This document shows, in pieces, positions 10,575 through 20,816 of a DNA stretch of 64,000 nt (the stretch's first letter is position 1; every line of letters begins with the position of its first letter). Source of the stretch: Bacteroidia bacterium (GTDB lineage: Bacteria; Bacteroidota; Bacteroidia; NS11-12g; UBA9320); NCBI GenBank assembly GCA_965216465.1, contig CBDCFW010000005.1, forward strand, positions 640,001 through 704,000. Direction: 5' to 3'. Under the pieces are notes generated by a model. The model searched no databases. It was not told the DNA's origin and saw only the letters and a list, made by a program, of their open reading frames with translations. Position numbers and translations under genes: made by a program.

Positions 10575-11147
10575 CTAACACCTATTTGGTCTTCGCTTTT
10601 CCCATTTGGAAGAAGGAAATACAATCTTACCTCGAACAGTAAAACCATGACCAAACTGATTCTGTTCGCCAGAAAGCTTAAAAGAATAGTTGTACAGCAA
10701 ATCCAGATAAATAAAATTTAAGCCGACAGCAGGTCTGAGATAGCTCGATTGCTCAGTCAGCTCATAGATGCCCTCTCCTCTTACCGTAAATGAGAAGGGA
10801 GGAAAAACAAACAAGCTGTATTCATAAAACCCTTTAACTGCCTGAAGATTATCTCCTTTTTTAAATGCTTGTTCATAGCCCACCCCCCATGTATTCAATT
10901 GTATAACGGTTGGACCACCTGAAACAAAATAGCGAGCGTACGTTCTTCCAATATTGGCATCTAAGGCATTTTGTGAGCTAAAGTTGTATCCCACTGCAGT
11001 ATACCATGTATTACCCCAAGCCTTATTATTGACCTCGTTCTCAACTATTATATAACTGCTATCACTGTGTTGATCCATTGAGTCAGTTTGTGCATAGGAA
11101 GAAATGCAAAACGCAAGAAACACAGCGAAAAAGACTACAAAACGCAT
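10575..11147 (-). CDS. Hypothetical secreted, probable outer-membrane beta-barrel protein
   Basis: Signal peptide ending YAQ. Alternating aromatic/Gly beta-strand pattern. Confidence 0.6.
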   Translation of the reverse strand: MRFVVFFAVFLAFCISSYAQTDSMDQHSDSSYIIVENEVNNKAWGNTWYTAVGYNFSSQNALDANIGRTYARYFVSGGPTVIQLNTWGVGYEQAFKKGDNLQAVKGFYEYSLFVFPPFSFTVRGEGIYELTEQSSYLRPAVGLNFIYLDLLYNYSFKLSGEQNQFGHGFTVRGKIVFPSSKWEKRRPNRC

Positions 11148-11244
11148 ATCAATTCAACGAATATACAGAGTTGCAAGTATGTGGCCTGAACAGATCGGCG
11201 CTGTAAGCCAAGCACTAAACCAACAACCGAATCGTTATTCTGTC

Positions 11245-11628
11245 ATGAACCGTTCACACGTTTTGCTGATTGTTTCGATTCTTCTAGTATCTTGTTTCTC
11301 TAACCAAAATAATGATAATCAGGAGCATGAGAACAAAGTGCACCGAACTCAAACCTGGCTAAATCAAGATGTAAATGGTTTTAGCATTATTGAAATCTTC
11401 GCCGATTCGACAGCGAAAGTTCAATTGGCAATTGATCGCCATGAGCACAACGAGCCCTATTATTTCTATAGTGGAGAAGGCAAGATTGGATTGTACGAAA
11501 ATGCAAATGTCGACTTTTGGATTAAGACTCCCGAATTTAGATTTGACTTCCGCTTGTCGGGTGATACTTTATTTGAGATTTCGAAAATGGGTGTTAATCG
11601 GGTTTACGAATTAGGTTCAGATGACTGA
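11245..11628 (+). CDS. Hypothetical lipoprotein
   Basis: ATG at 11245 gives MNRSHVLLIVSILLVSC lipobox and removes the overlap with the divergent gene. Confidence 0.65.
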   Translation: MNRSHVLLIVSILLVSCFSNQNNDNQEHENKVHRTQTWLNQDVNGFSIIEIFADSTAKVQLAIDRHEHNEPYYFYSGEGKIGLYENANVDFWIKTPEFRFDFRLSGDTLFEISKMGVNRVYELGSDD

Positions 11629-11661
11629 CACACAAAATAGTCTCATTGCTAATGCGATATT

Positions 11662-13125
11662 TTACTCAACCACGACTTTCAAATAACTCAATTTAGCATC
11701 TCCCAGCTTTAAAAAATATGTGCCTGGAGATAGCTCCCTTACATTTATACTATTACTCGTTCCATTTAGGGAACCACTTATAATCACTTGACCGAGATAA
11801 TTCAACATGGAGTAACTTATATTTTCGTCTATTCCTAGTACCGACAAAACATCTTTAGCAGGGATGGGGTACAACGACAACTCATTTTGAGGTGAAACTG
11901 GATTTGTAGATAGTGCTTCATCAAGGCTAAAAACTTTGACCTGTCCGGCTTCTGCACCACCATCATCATTTCCAAAAGCTCCAATTGCCAACTTATTTCC
12001 GTCTGCCGAAAGACTCAAAGCGGATCCGAAATAATTATAGGATGACGATCCATCAAGTGTTTTACCAAGCTGAAGCCACACTCCCAAATTCTTACGATAA
12101 ATCTTAACCCTGCCTGCGTCTGGTCCGTCGCTGTCAGAGAACCATGCTCCGCAAGCTAATATCGAGCCATCAGCAGAGAGCGAAATAGCCATGCCAAAAT
12201 TATCCTGACTGGCTTCTCCAAGTATAGGAGACCCTATTGGTAACCAATCTCCAGATTTATACTCAAACACTCTTACGTTACCTGCATTATCTGCGAAAGC
12301 AATATCATGACCTGGTGCCCCAACAGCCAATGTTTTCCCGTCTGCTGAAAGCGAAACAGAGGCACCAAAATGATCGACAGGGGCTTGACCAATTATATCC
12401 ATACCTATTTGTGACCACGAGCCTGAATTGTATTCAAATACTCTAACATGACCCGACTCACTTCCATTATCTTGACTAAAATCTGCCCCAATTGCAACAA
12501 TTGAGCCGTCTGAAGAAAGCGAAACGGAATTTCCGCTTTGATCCCCAAGATTTTCGCCATCTATATCGTTTCCAATCTGTTCCCACTTTCCAGAATTGAA
12601 CTGAAAAACTCTCACATGGCCCGAGTTCTGACCATTGCCGTCATTTTCATTTGCCCCAATAGCAATTATATTTCCATCTTCTGATAAATCAAGTGCAGTA
12701 CCAAACAAATCCCCGCTACCTTCTCCTTCAATATTGGCTCCCACTTGTACCCAATCTCCAGATTCAAGTTTAAAGACTCTTACCAATCCGGTACTGTCTG
12801 TGTCGGGAAAATTTGATCCAATGGCAACTGTTGTTCCGTCGTTTGAAAGTGCAATAGACTTCCCACTATTCTCACCCGGATCTACACCAACAATACTGCT
12901 TCCTATCTGGGCCCAGGTATTGTTATCAAGACCATAGATATAAACTGAGCCTTGAGCATTATCATCATAAGCACCAACAGCCAGAGTTTCTCCATCGCCT
13001 GATAGTGCAACTGGCCAACCAAATTCCTCACCACTTGATCCATTTAAATTGGCTCCAAGTTGAGTTTGAGCGATAGAAGTAGTGGAAAAAAATAAAAGAA
13101 GGGTAAAAAGGGGTAAAGGTCTCAT
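11662..13125 (-). CDS. FG-GAP repeat beta-propeller protein with T9SS type A CTD
   Basis: Seven repeats of FGxxvxLSxDGxxLAvGA..G.V.V(F/Y). C-terminus LYPIPAKDVL..LSPGTYFLK. Confidence 0.9.
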   Translation of the reverse strand: MRPLPLFTLLLFFSTTSIAQTQLGANLNGSSGEEFGWPVALSGDGETLAVGAYDDNAQGSVYIYGLDNNTWAQIGSSIVGVDPGENSGKSIALSNDGTTVAIGSNFPDTDSTGLVRVFKLESGDWVQVGANIEGEGSGDLFGTALDLSEDGNIIAIGANENDGNGQNSGHVRVFQFNSGKWEQIGNDIDGENLGDQSGNSVSLSSDGSIVAIGADFSQDNGSESGHVRVFEYNSGSWSQIGMDIIGQAPVDHFGASVSLSADGKTLAVGAPGHDIAFADNAGNVRVFEYKSGDWLPIGSPILGEASQDNFGMAISLSADGSILACGAWFSDSDGPDAGRVKIYRKNLGVWLQLGKTLDGSSSYNYFGSALSLSADGNKLAIGAFGNDDGGAEAGQVKVFSLDEALSTNPVSPQNELSLYPIPAKDVLSVLGIDENISYSMLNYLGQVIISGSLNGTSNSINVRELSPGTYFLKLGDAKLSYLKVVVE

Positions 13126-13342
13126 CCCCCTAATTTACATTATTTTTAGCAGTATAGAAAAAATAGCTTCTCAATTCCGTCAAATAACAATATAAAATTG
13201 GGTAAATCTTCATTTTCATAATTCTGCATTATGACTCATAAAATGCAGATAGCGAGAATCATAGAGCATGTCACTTGCACGCTCGATTCAAAGTTGCCCT
13301 CGTTAAAATTTAAATACCTTAAATTAGATGCGACCAAAAATT

Positions 13343-14431
13343 ATGAAAAAGCTTTCCCTCATTTTAATTTTATGTGTTCTAGTATTCTCGGCAAAAGCTC
13401 AATTGAATGCTAGCCACCATCAAAAAATTGACAGCCTAGTTCAAGACCTCTATAATCAAGGAAAATTGCATGGTGGGATATTGATTGCTGAAGGCGAAAA
13501 GGTAATCTATCAATCAGCTTATGGACTAGCTGACAAGAATTTAGGCATTGCCAATTCAACAAACACAAGATTCGTAATCAACAGTATGGGCAAAATGTTT
13601 ACTGCCATTCTTACACTGCAGCTAGTAGAAGATGATTCTATTGCCCTTGAAGATCCTATTTCCAAACATCTTCCATGGTTTAAACATCCTAGAGCTAACG
13701 AAATTACAATTCATCACCTTCTATCCCACCGATCCGGATTGAAAGGATATTTCTTAGAGCAAATTGAAGGACGACTTAATTTTTTCGTTAGTCAACGTGA
13801 AGTTCTTGAAAGTATGGCCAAGCAAGAGTTGAATTTTGATCCGGGCTCAGGTTTCGATTATAGCAATACGGGTTACCTGCTTTTGGGAGAAATAATAATG
13901 AAATACCGTCATGACGACTATTACGCTATTCAGCAAAACCGAATCTTCTCTCCTCTTGGCATGACGAGTACATACAATTCAACCTCCATATATGGACCTG
14001 GCAGTCCAGTTTACTATTCTAGTGACGGCAGTGCTTTTCTTCCATTTCCTCATAACAATTACAAAGGCGATGGAGGTGCAAAATCGAGTTTAGCAGACTT
14101 ACATCGTTTTATGCAAGCAGTAGGAAGTGAAAAATTACTTAAGAAAGAAAGTTGGGATGTTATGTTCGAACAGCATTCTTTACCCAGCGAGGCTACCCGA
14201 CCGTTTGGAGCTCACTTTTTCCCTTATGGATACGGATGCAGCAGTGTTGACTTGCCTTACAACTCTGAAAATGACGAACATGCAGTATTTCATGGCGGAG
14301 CGGGTTATGGTTCTTCGAATGTTATGATTAGATACCCGTCAAAAAACCGAATTATCATTGTTTGGAACAATAAGTTCGTCAATCCCATGCCCGAAGGCTT
14401 GCTAAAATTTCTTGCTTCAATTAGTGATTAA
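13343..14431 (+). CDS. Serine hydrolase, beta-lactamase class C/PBP-like family, secreted
   Basis: SxxK (SMGK), LLSHRSG, YSN and HGG motifs. Signal peptide MKKL..AKAQ. Confidence 0.9.
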   Translation: MKKLSLILILCVLVFSAKAQLNASHHQKIDSLVQDLYNQGKLHGGILIAEGEKVIYQSAYGLADKNLGIANSTNTRFVINSMGKMFTAILTLQLVEDDSIALEDPISKHLPWFKHPRANEITIHHLLSHRSGLKGYFLEQIEGRLNFFVSQREVLESMAKQELNFDPGSGFDYSNTGYLLLGEIIMKYRHDDYYAIQQNRIFSPLGMTSTYNSTSIYGPGSPVYYSSDGSAFLPFPHNNYKGDGGAKSSLADLHRFMQAVGSEKLLKKESWDVMFEQHSLPSEATRPFGAHFFPYGYGCSSVDLPYNSENDEHAVFHGGAGYGSSNVMIRYPSKNRIIIVWNNKFVNPMPEGLLKFLASISD

Positions 14432-14528
14432 GCTAAGCATATTTAGTGAGGTGCATTGACCGACTTCATAAAATTTTTAGTGCCATTGGCAAAATTCTAC
14501 TCCAAAGCTTTAACGGTATTGAGTATTT

Positions 14529-16286
14529 TTGATTATGCTTTTGAAAGCTTTACGGCTAGCTCTATTTCTTGTTTTTTGTGCTGCAATTAACTCAGTACAA
14601 GCTCAATTCATTCTATTTAACGCCGAAGAAAGCGAATACAATGTTCAGTACGAGATAGCATCAAACTCCACTGTTTATGTATTGCACGGATCCAAAGTAT
14701 CTAAAACAACAGACAACGGTAACAGTTGGCGAGAGCTTATGAACTTTGGCAACATCGCCTTAGGCATCCATTTTATTGCACCAGACACCGGTTGGGTTTG
14801 TGGAGGTTCATTGTCTCATGGTTACATCTACCGCACCTTTGATGGTGGAGCCACCTGGACAAAAACCAGCACTCATGGAATTCAAATCTATGACATTCAC
14901 TTTCTCGACACTTTGAGCGGATACTACGTTGGCAACTTTCCTTCCCATGGATCACATTCAGTCAGAAAAACTATCGACGGTGGGAAGTCATGGACAATAT
15001 CTAAATCGGGTGGTGATTATCTGAGATCAATACATGCTTTTGACACTTCATTGGCTTGGGCGATTGGAGACAATGGTAATATATACAGAACTGCAAATGG
15101 AGGAAAAACATGGGAAAAGGGCGAATCTGATGTCGTTCATTTCAAATCTGGATTTGCCACATCTCCTGACTCAATATGGGCGGTTGGATCTCATTTTTAT
15201 GGTAAGTGCTACCTATCTACAGATAGTGGGAAAACTTATCAAAGACAAAATCTTCCAACCTTGGCAGGGCTAAAAACAATATTCTTTTCATCACCTGACA
15301 CTGGGTTTATCACCGGTGATTTCAATACCTATATCACAACGACAGACGCCGGAAAAACTTGGAAGCATGTGAACAGTATGGGGCCTCAAAATCACCTAAA
15401 CGTAGAGGACCTAACAAGCAGTCTTGCTTATGTCGGAGACAGAGCTCGCTTCACTGCAGTACAGGTCATTGATTCAAACTTAGTATACATAAATGCAAGT
15501 ACAACCTTGTTTAAAAGTGTTGATGGAGGAAGTACCTGGACTAAGGATAAATATACTGGTGGTCAAATCTATGCTTTTCAGCATCCATCATCAAGTCATG
15601 GTTACATCGCACATATTAATTGGAAGACAGGTTACTTAAATCGAACATCAGACAGTGGTGAATCATGGACGATAGACACCTTACCACATATAGGCTTTAG
15701 AGATTTAGCGTTTATCAATCAAAATAACGGATGGGCAATTTGCAGAGGTGCAAGTCAAAATACATCTGAAATACATATGACCGAAGATGCCGGAGTAACA
15801 TGGCAAAAACAGCTTGAGGCTCGTGACAACATCATGAGCATCCAGTATTATTCGGATAAGATTGCATGGGCCTGTGGTCATAATGGTTGTATTTACAGAA
15901 CGATTAACGGCGGAAAAGATTGGGAAAGAATGATCACTAAAACAAGTTGCCATTTCAAGGCTATTTACGCAGTTTCAAAACGAAAAATTTTTGCAGTGGG
16001 CAACTATTCTTATGGTGAATGTTACCTGTCTAAAAATGGCGGAGAAACATGGGAAAAAGTACAGATTCCAACCTTAGCACACCTCACAGCGGTCAAATTC
16101 TTAAACAAGTCTGAAGGCGTTATAATTGGGGATAAAGGAGTTGTTTTAAGAACAATAAATGGAGGGAAATCCTGGACCAAGTACGAGACAAATACTGAAG
16201 CCAAACTGAACGACATGCACATCTTCGAAGACAGATCTGTTTTGGTTGTTGGAGATAAAAAGACGATTCTCAGAATAAAGTTCTAA
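14529..16286 (+). CDS. BNR/Asp-box (Ycf48-like) double beta-propeller secreted protein
   Basis: Many (S/T)xD(G/A)GxTW Asp-boxes. Signal peptide ending VQAQ. Confidence 0.85.
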   Translation: MIMLLKALRLALFLVFCAAINSVQAQFILFNAEESEYNVQYEIASNSTVYVLHGSKVSKTTDNGNSWRELMNFGNIALGIHFIAPDTGWVCGGSLSHGYIYRTFDGGATWTKTSTHGIQIYDIHFLDTLSGYYVGNFPSHGSHSVRKTIDGGKSWTISKSGGDYLRSIHAFDTSLAWAIGDNGNIYRTANGGKTWEKGESDVVHFKSGFATSPDSIWAVGSHFYGKCYLSTDSGKTYQRQNLPTLAGLKTIFFSSPDTGFITGDFNTYITTTDAGKTWKHVNSMGPQNHLNVEDLTSSLAYVGDRARFTAVQVIDSNLVYINASTTLFKSVDGGSTWTKDKYTGGQIYAFQHPSSSHGYIAHINWKTGYLNRTSDSGESWTIDTLPHIGFRDLAFINQNNGWAICRGASQNTSEIHMTEDAGVTWQKQLEARDNIMSIQYYSDKIAWACGHNGCIYRTINGGKDWERMITKTSCHFKAIYAVSKRKIFAVGNYSYGECYLSKNGGETWEKVQIPTLAHLTAVKFLNKSEGVIIGDKGVVLRTINGGKSWTKYETNTEAKLNDMHIFEDRSVLVVGDKKTILRIKF

Positions 16287-16406
16287 CCACATAACGGTGC
16301 ACTTTTTCTACTTTTTGATTTGATTAACCTAACAACACACCCATTATTGACATTTTGAATTCCACATATATTGTTGTATTTTGGCTAACCAAAAAATAGA
16401 ACGAAT

Positions 16407-16754
16407 ATGTGTAATTGTAATTGTCGAGTAATTGGAATTTCTGATGCCGAGGGTAAGAGACCCACTAAAAGCCGTAATGGTCAGCTAGAAGGGGATCAGT
16501 TGTTTGCCTATCATATCAAGTGCTTGAAATCTTGCAAGGGAAGAGCAGAACCTGCTATTTTCACTGCCTGGGGAAAAACTCCCAATGAAGCCCGAAAAAG
16601 CAACTTAGCACGACAGCGATGCAAAACTTTGAGAGATAGCTTAAAGGCTAAATTAAAAAGTAAAAAAATGAAGCCAGGACCAAAAAAAGACAAATTTGAT
16701 TCCAAACATAACCTTGGTATGGCAGGTGTATATAGAAAGCTAAATAGAATGTAA
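16407..16754 (+). CDS. Small, very basic, Cys-containing hypothetical protein
   Basis: 115-aa ORF filling an intergenic gap, with an A-rich leader before the ATG. No family recognised. Confidence 0.5.
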   Translation: MCNCNCRVIGISDAEGKRPTKSRNGQLEGDQLFAYHIKCLKSCKGRAEPAIFTAWGKTPNEARKSNLARQRCKTLRDSLKAKLKSKKMKPGPKKDKFDSKHNLGMAGVYRKLNRM

Positions 16755-16844
16755 TTCTTTAAGCAAGTCCTACATCTGATTCTCTCGAGTAACCAAACTA
16801 ATTCTCCTCTTCTCTCAACGTGAATAGTAGTGATTCACCTATTT

Positions 16845-17312
16845 CTACTCATGCAATTTGATTAATGATTTGCTACCGTGCAGATAAGTACATGGATCTA
16901 CAGAAGTGCTATTTTTTAAAGGACTAATCAAGAATCCCATTAGGCTTCCTAAAAAAGCCAAGATTAATATAGCCAATGACTCCTTCAGAAGTGGATCCCA
17001 CAAATGAGGAAGCCACTCCGATGCAATGTGCTCAATGTAGTCATAGAAAAATGCCAAAACAATAGTCAACAGTGAAAAAAGGCTGACAAGCAATGCTGAT
17101 GCCTTCTTCTTTTTTCTAAGCTTATTGAGGAAAGAATAATAAAATAGTACAGAACATACTACTGCGACTAGACTGTTTACACCAAGAAAGAAAAACATGG
17201 CCTGTAAGGCATTGCTTAGTGCTGAACCTTGATCAGCAAAAGCAAATTGAGGAAATAAAATAACAATCAGCATAAACAGGCTTGGTATACATATTTTATA
17301 AACAGTGCTCAT
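16845..17312 (-). CDS. Hypothetical membrane protein
   Basis: Signal-like N-terminus plus three hydrophobic helices. Confidence 0.6.
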   Translation of the reverse strand: MSTVYKICIPSLFMLIVILFPQFAFADQGSALSNALQAMFFFLGVNSLVAVVCSVLFYYSFLNKLRKKKKASALLVSLFSLLTIVLAFFYDYIEHIASEWLPHLWDPLLKESLAILILAFLGSLMGFLISPLKNSTSVDPCTYLHGSKSLIKLHE

Positions 17313-17468
17313 ATTTCAGCGGCAAGATTTTTTCAAAATATTTGAAAACCATACCAAATCTACGAATTAAACCGTGTTCTCCTTAAACATCAGCCTGAAG
17401 TAATATTGCTTTCAATTTTAGAAATGACATGCAATTTCAATCCAAACCCCTAATATTTGCATACCGCC

Positions 17469-18905
17469 ATGAGCGAAGCCAACGAAATACAGACACCTGA
17501 ACAGCCAAAACAAAAGCGTCCAAAAAAAATATGGAAGGCTTTAGGCGATGCAATTCGCGGCACTTCAGAAGACTACACCAAAATTAGTTTAAAGCGAGCA
17601 ATCTTTTTATTAGCCGTCCCTATGATTTTGGAGCTTGTAATGGAATCTACGTTTGCTGTTGTTGACATCTACTTTGTTGGTCAACTAGGACCTTCTGCGG
17701 TAGCAACAGTGGGACTAACAGAAACTTATCTCTACATTTTGTATTCTATAGCCATGGGACTGTCAATGGGAGTTACAGCTATTGTTGCACGCAGAATTGG
17801 GGAGAAAGAAAAACAAAAAGCAACTAAGACTGCAGCTCAAGCTATTCTCCTTTCCATCCTCGTATCACTACCGTTTGCAATTGGAGGAATTTTCTTCTCC
17901 AAAGAGCTATTGGCTCTCATGGGTGGAGATCAATGGAGCATTGACCACGGCTACAAATACACCCAATGGATGTTAGGAGGCAATGGAATTATTGTTCTGC
18001 TTTTTGTAATCAATGCAATCTTTCGGGGTGCCGGAGATGCGGCAATTGCGATGCGGGTACTCTGGATTGCAAACGGCTTTAATCTTTTGCTTGACCCATT
18101 GTTAATTTTCGGATGGGGACCTGTTCCTGCCTTTGGTATTGAAGGTGCGGCTATGGCTACTAATATTGGGCGAGGAATTGGCGTCGTTTCACAACTTTGG
18201 ATTCTGGCAAAAGGCGGAAAACACATTCAACTGAAGTTGTCACAACTGAAATTTCATGGTAAGATTCTGCTCAACATTATTAAAACTTCGCTAGGAGGAA
18301 TTGGTCAAATGATTATTGCCATGACTTCTTGGATCTTCCTCATGCGAATACTTTCAGATATTGGAAGTGAGGCTGTTGCAGGAGCAACGATCACATTGAG
18401 ACTGATGATGTTCACTTTGATGCCTGCTTGGGGTCTATCGAATGCCGCAGCTACGTTAGTAGGTCAGAATTTGGGTGCAGGAATGCCTGATAGAGCTGAG
18501 CAATCCGTTTGGAAAATTGGGTTCTACAATATGGTCTTTTTAGTTGCAGTGTCGTTCATTTACTACTTCTTCAATGAAGACCTCGTAGGCATGTTTACTG
18601 AAGATCAAAGAGTGATTCAAATTGGAGGCGAATGGATGCAGATATTGGCGTATTCGTACTTCATTTATGGTTGGTGGATGGTATCGGTGCAAGCCTTTAA
18701 TGGTGCAGGAGATACCCGAACACCTACATGGATAAACGTGATCTTCTTTTGGATGATTCAAATTCCAGTGGCCTACTACCTAGCAATTAATCAAGGATGG
18801 GAGCATTCAGGTGTTTTCTGGGCAGTATTTATTTCAGAAACGCTGGTAGGATTATTTACGCTTTGGATGTTCAGCAGAGGCGGATGGAAGAAGGTTGAGG
18901 TGTAA
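17469..18905 (+). CDS. MATE family efflux transporter
   Basis: About 12 TM segments. AVVDIYFVGQLG, RGAGDA, VGQNLGAG and NGAGDTRTP MATE motifs. Confidence 0.95.
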   Translation: MSEANEIQTPEQPKQKRPKKIWKALGDAIRGTSEDYTKISLKRAIFLLAVPMILELVMESTFAVVDIYFVGQLGPSAVATVGLTETYLYILYSIAMGLSMGVTAIVARRIGEKEKQKATKTAAQAILLSILVSLPFAIGGIFFSKELLALMGGDQWSIDHGYKYTQWMLGGNGIIVLLFVINAIFRGAGDAAIAMRVLWIANGFNLLLDPLLIFGWGPVPAFGIEGAAMATNIGRGIGVVSQLWILAKGGKHIQLKLSQLKFHGKILLNIIKTSLGGIGQMIIAMTSWIFLMRILSDIGSEAVAGATITLRLMMFTLMPAWGLSNAAATLVGQNLGAGMPDRAEQSVWKIGFYNMVFLVAVSFIYYFFNEDLVGMFTEDQRVIQIGGEWMQILAYSYFIYGWWMVSVQAFNGAGDTRTPTWINVIFFWMIQIPVAYYLAINQGWEHSGVFWAVFISETLVGLFTLWMFSRGGWKKVEV

Positions 18906-18965
18906 GAATTATAATATTAAAAAGGGCCATACCAATCTACAGAATAAAGAGCTCCACTAACAAGT

Positions 18966-20276
18966 CTAACTAATTGATAATAAGGTCGATTGTATGGATT
19001 TAGTTTTATTTAGATCTACGCCTACTTGCCTAGCATATTTTAACCAGTTGGAAACAGCTTCATTCACCTCAGTTATAATCTCTGTAGGTCTTTTAACATT
19101 AACCAGTTCTGCCACAGCTAAAAAATCGTTCATTTCAAAGTCTTTTCTTTTTCCATTTATACTTAATGCGTGTTGACTTACCCACTTACTTCCTGGGCGA
19201 TATGCATGGCAAATATCGTAGGCTGGGGCTAGCTCCCATCGTCCTCCTTGCTTCAAAATGAATGAAAAGTTCTTTGTGTGATCATCACAATTGCGGCTCA
19301 AAACATTGAAAACCATTCTTCGAAACATCTGTTCTGCTTCGGCATAACTTAGTCTTAGTTCTCGCATGGTTTGAAAGAGCTGTTCGTAACTAAAACTCGT
19401 TACCTCATTAAAATCAAAATGCTTTAAGGCACAAAAGGTTTGAACATGATGCTTGACATTATCTTCGTAACGGTCAAATCGTTTGGTCATAAAGTGTGCT
19501 CTTCCATTCTCTTCGAGCAATTCGCAGTCTGACATGTGAATACCTGCAGCTTGGGCCATGTGATAATAAGCCATTTCAACACGGCCATATCCATTCGTGT
19601 CACCAAGTTGAACATCGCTTACTCCATCTAACTTAATTAGCCAATGTTCAAAGCCCTTAGGAACATTCGACTGTCCGGACCTTACTTCACCGGTTTTCTT
19701 GTTATAGGCAATAACCGCCTTGGGTCGAGCACCCCCAGCTGACGTTCCAATTGTAATAATCTCTTTTATAGCTGCAGCTTCTTCCTCTATGTTGATATTA
19801 AACTCTTCACGTTGATTGAGCATTTGGCTAGCTATCTGAACTAAGCCGTCGAGTTCGACTTGAAATGTTCTTTTTCTTTGGTTGATCAGAACAGGGTCAA
19901 ATTCAAGGGCTCCCATAGCCCTTGACCCTATAAAACAAAGTTTTTCTATTGGATTTACAGAGTCTGAACTTCTGCCTATTTGAGCAAGCCAAACATCAAT
20001 TAGTTGATTTCCATACTTGTCAGGCAATGCATCAGCAAGAAGTCCAGGCAAGCCCTTAAATGTGTCATATTCACTGTTTCGATCTGCTCTAAGTTCGGGA
20101 AATGAAAAGATCTTTTGTCCGCCATCGATGGGCATCTTAATCGGAGAAAGATCCCATCCCCTAGCCAAAAATTTTTCGTCATATTCAAATGTGCCTACAT
20201 GCCGTTCCTCATCCCAAGCGACAGCACCTACCACAACTCCCCATATTTTAACAAATGCAGAAGTTACCATTCCCAA
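18966..20276 (-). CDS. hipA: HipA-family Ser/Thr kinase toxin with fused N-terminal coupling domain
   Basis: DALPDKYG, SAGGARPK (P-loop), WLIKLD, RFDR, NCDDHTKNFSF and LAPAYD motifs. Confidence 0.95.
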   Translation of the reverse strand: MGMVTSAFVKIWGVVVGAVAWDEERHVGTFEYDEKFLARGWDLSPIKMPIDGGQKIFSFPELRADRNSEYDTFKGLPGLLADALPDKYGNQLIDVWLAQIGRSSDSVNPIEKLCFIGSRAMGALEFDPVLINQRKRTFQVELDGLVQIASQMLNQREEFNINIEEEAAAIKEIITIGTSAGGARPKAVIAYNKKTGEVRSGQSNVPKGFEHWLIKLDGVSDVQLGDTNGYGRVEMAYYHMAQAAGIHMSDCELLEENGRAHFMTKRFDRYEDNVKHHVQTFCALKHFDFNEVTSFSYEQLFQTMRELRLSYAEAEQMFRRMVFNVLSRNCDDHTKNFSFILKQGGRWELAPAYDICHAYRPGSKWVSQHALSINGKRKDFEMNDFLAVAELVNVKRPTEIITEVNEAVSNWLKYARQVGVDLNKTKSIQSTLLSIS

Positions 20277-20620
20277 TCATTACTCTTTTCGCTGCTTGAC
20301 TTTTTGCGCGAACTAGCACGCTTTCGCTGGTCTCGTTCTAACTTGGCTATTGCAATTGGACTCACTTGCTTTTTAATTTCAAATGGCTCCAGTACGTGAA
20401 AAAGATCCAACACCCTCAATACTTGCAATAAGCTAGTGAGTGCTACGGTCTCTCCTCTTTCAAGTAAACTTAAGGTTGATCGACTTATATTGGCTCTTTT
20501 GGCAACCTCGCTTTGCGACAAATTCTTTTTCAACCTGCTATCTTGAACAAAACTTCCTATAGCTTCGACAATGGCACTATCACTCATCGAATACCATTTT
20601 TTGTATGACTTTTCATTCAT
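20264..20620 (-). CDS. hipB: XRE/HTH antitoxin (HipB-like), overlapping the hipA start
   Basis: RLKKNLSQSEVAKRANISRSTLSLLERGE HTH. Basic tail ending in W. Directly upstream of hipA. Confidence 0.85.
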   Translation of the reverse strand: MNEKSYKKWYSMSDSAIVEAIGSFVQDSRLKKNLSQSEVAKRANISRSTLSLLERGETVALTSLLQVLRVLDLFHVLEPFEIKKQVSPIAIAKLERDQRKRASSRKKSSSEKSNDWEW

Positions 20621-20800
20621 TATAGTAATATTTTAAAGTTAATGCATTACTTACCATACGAATATACAATTTTATTATTAAATAACACATATAATGACTG
20701 ACTTCTCATTCGTAATTACTACTTTTTATATTTTTTAAATGATTTTTCATACATTTATTAATTTATAACTTATTATAATCTAAGAGAAATCAGCTCAACC

Positions 20801-20808
20801 TATATTTG
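20801..20808 (+). promoter_or_regulatory. Bacteroidetes -7 promoter box TATATTTG
   Basis: Exact TAnnTTTG match 8 nt before the ATG at 20817. Confidence 0.6.
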
Positions 20809-20816
20809 AAACATAA

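Noticed and set aside
13224-13248. Imperfect palindrome ctgcattatgactcataaaatgcag between divergent genes
   Set aside because: It is a single copy with no linked regulator, so it cannot be distinguished from chance.
13343-14431. Antibiotic-resistance beta-lactamase
   Set aside because: The motifs define only the broad serine hydrolase family. Nothing is specific to AmpC and there is no mobile context.
14529-16286. Photosystem II assembly factor
   Set aside because: The similarity is only through generic Asp-box propellers. There are no photosynthesis genes.
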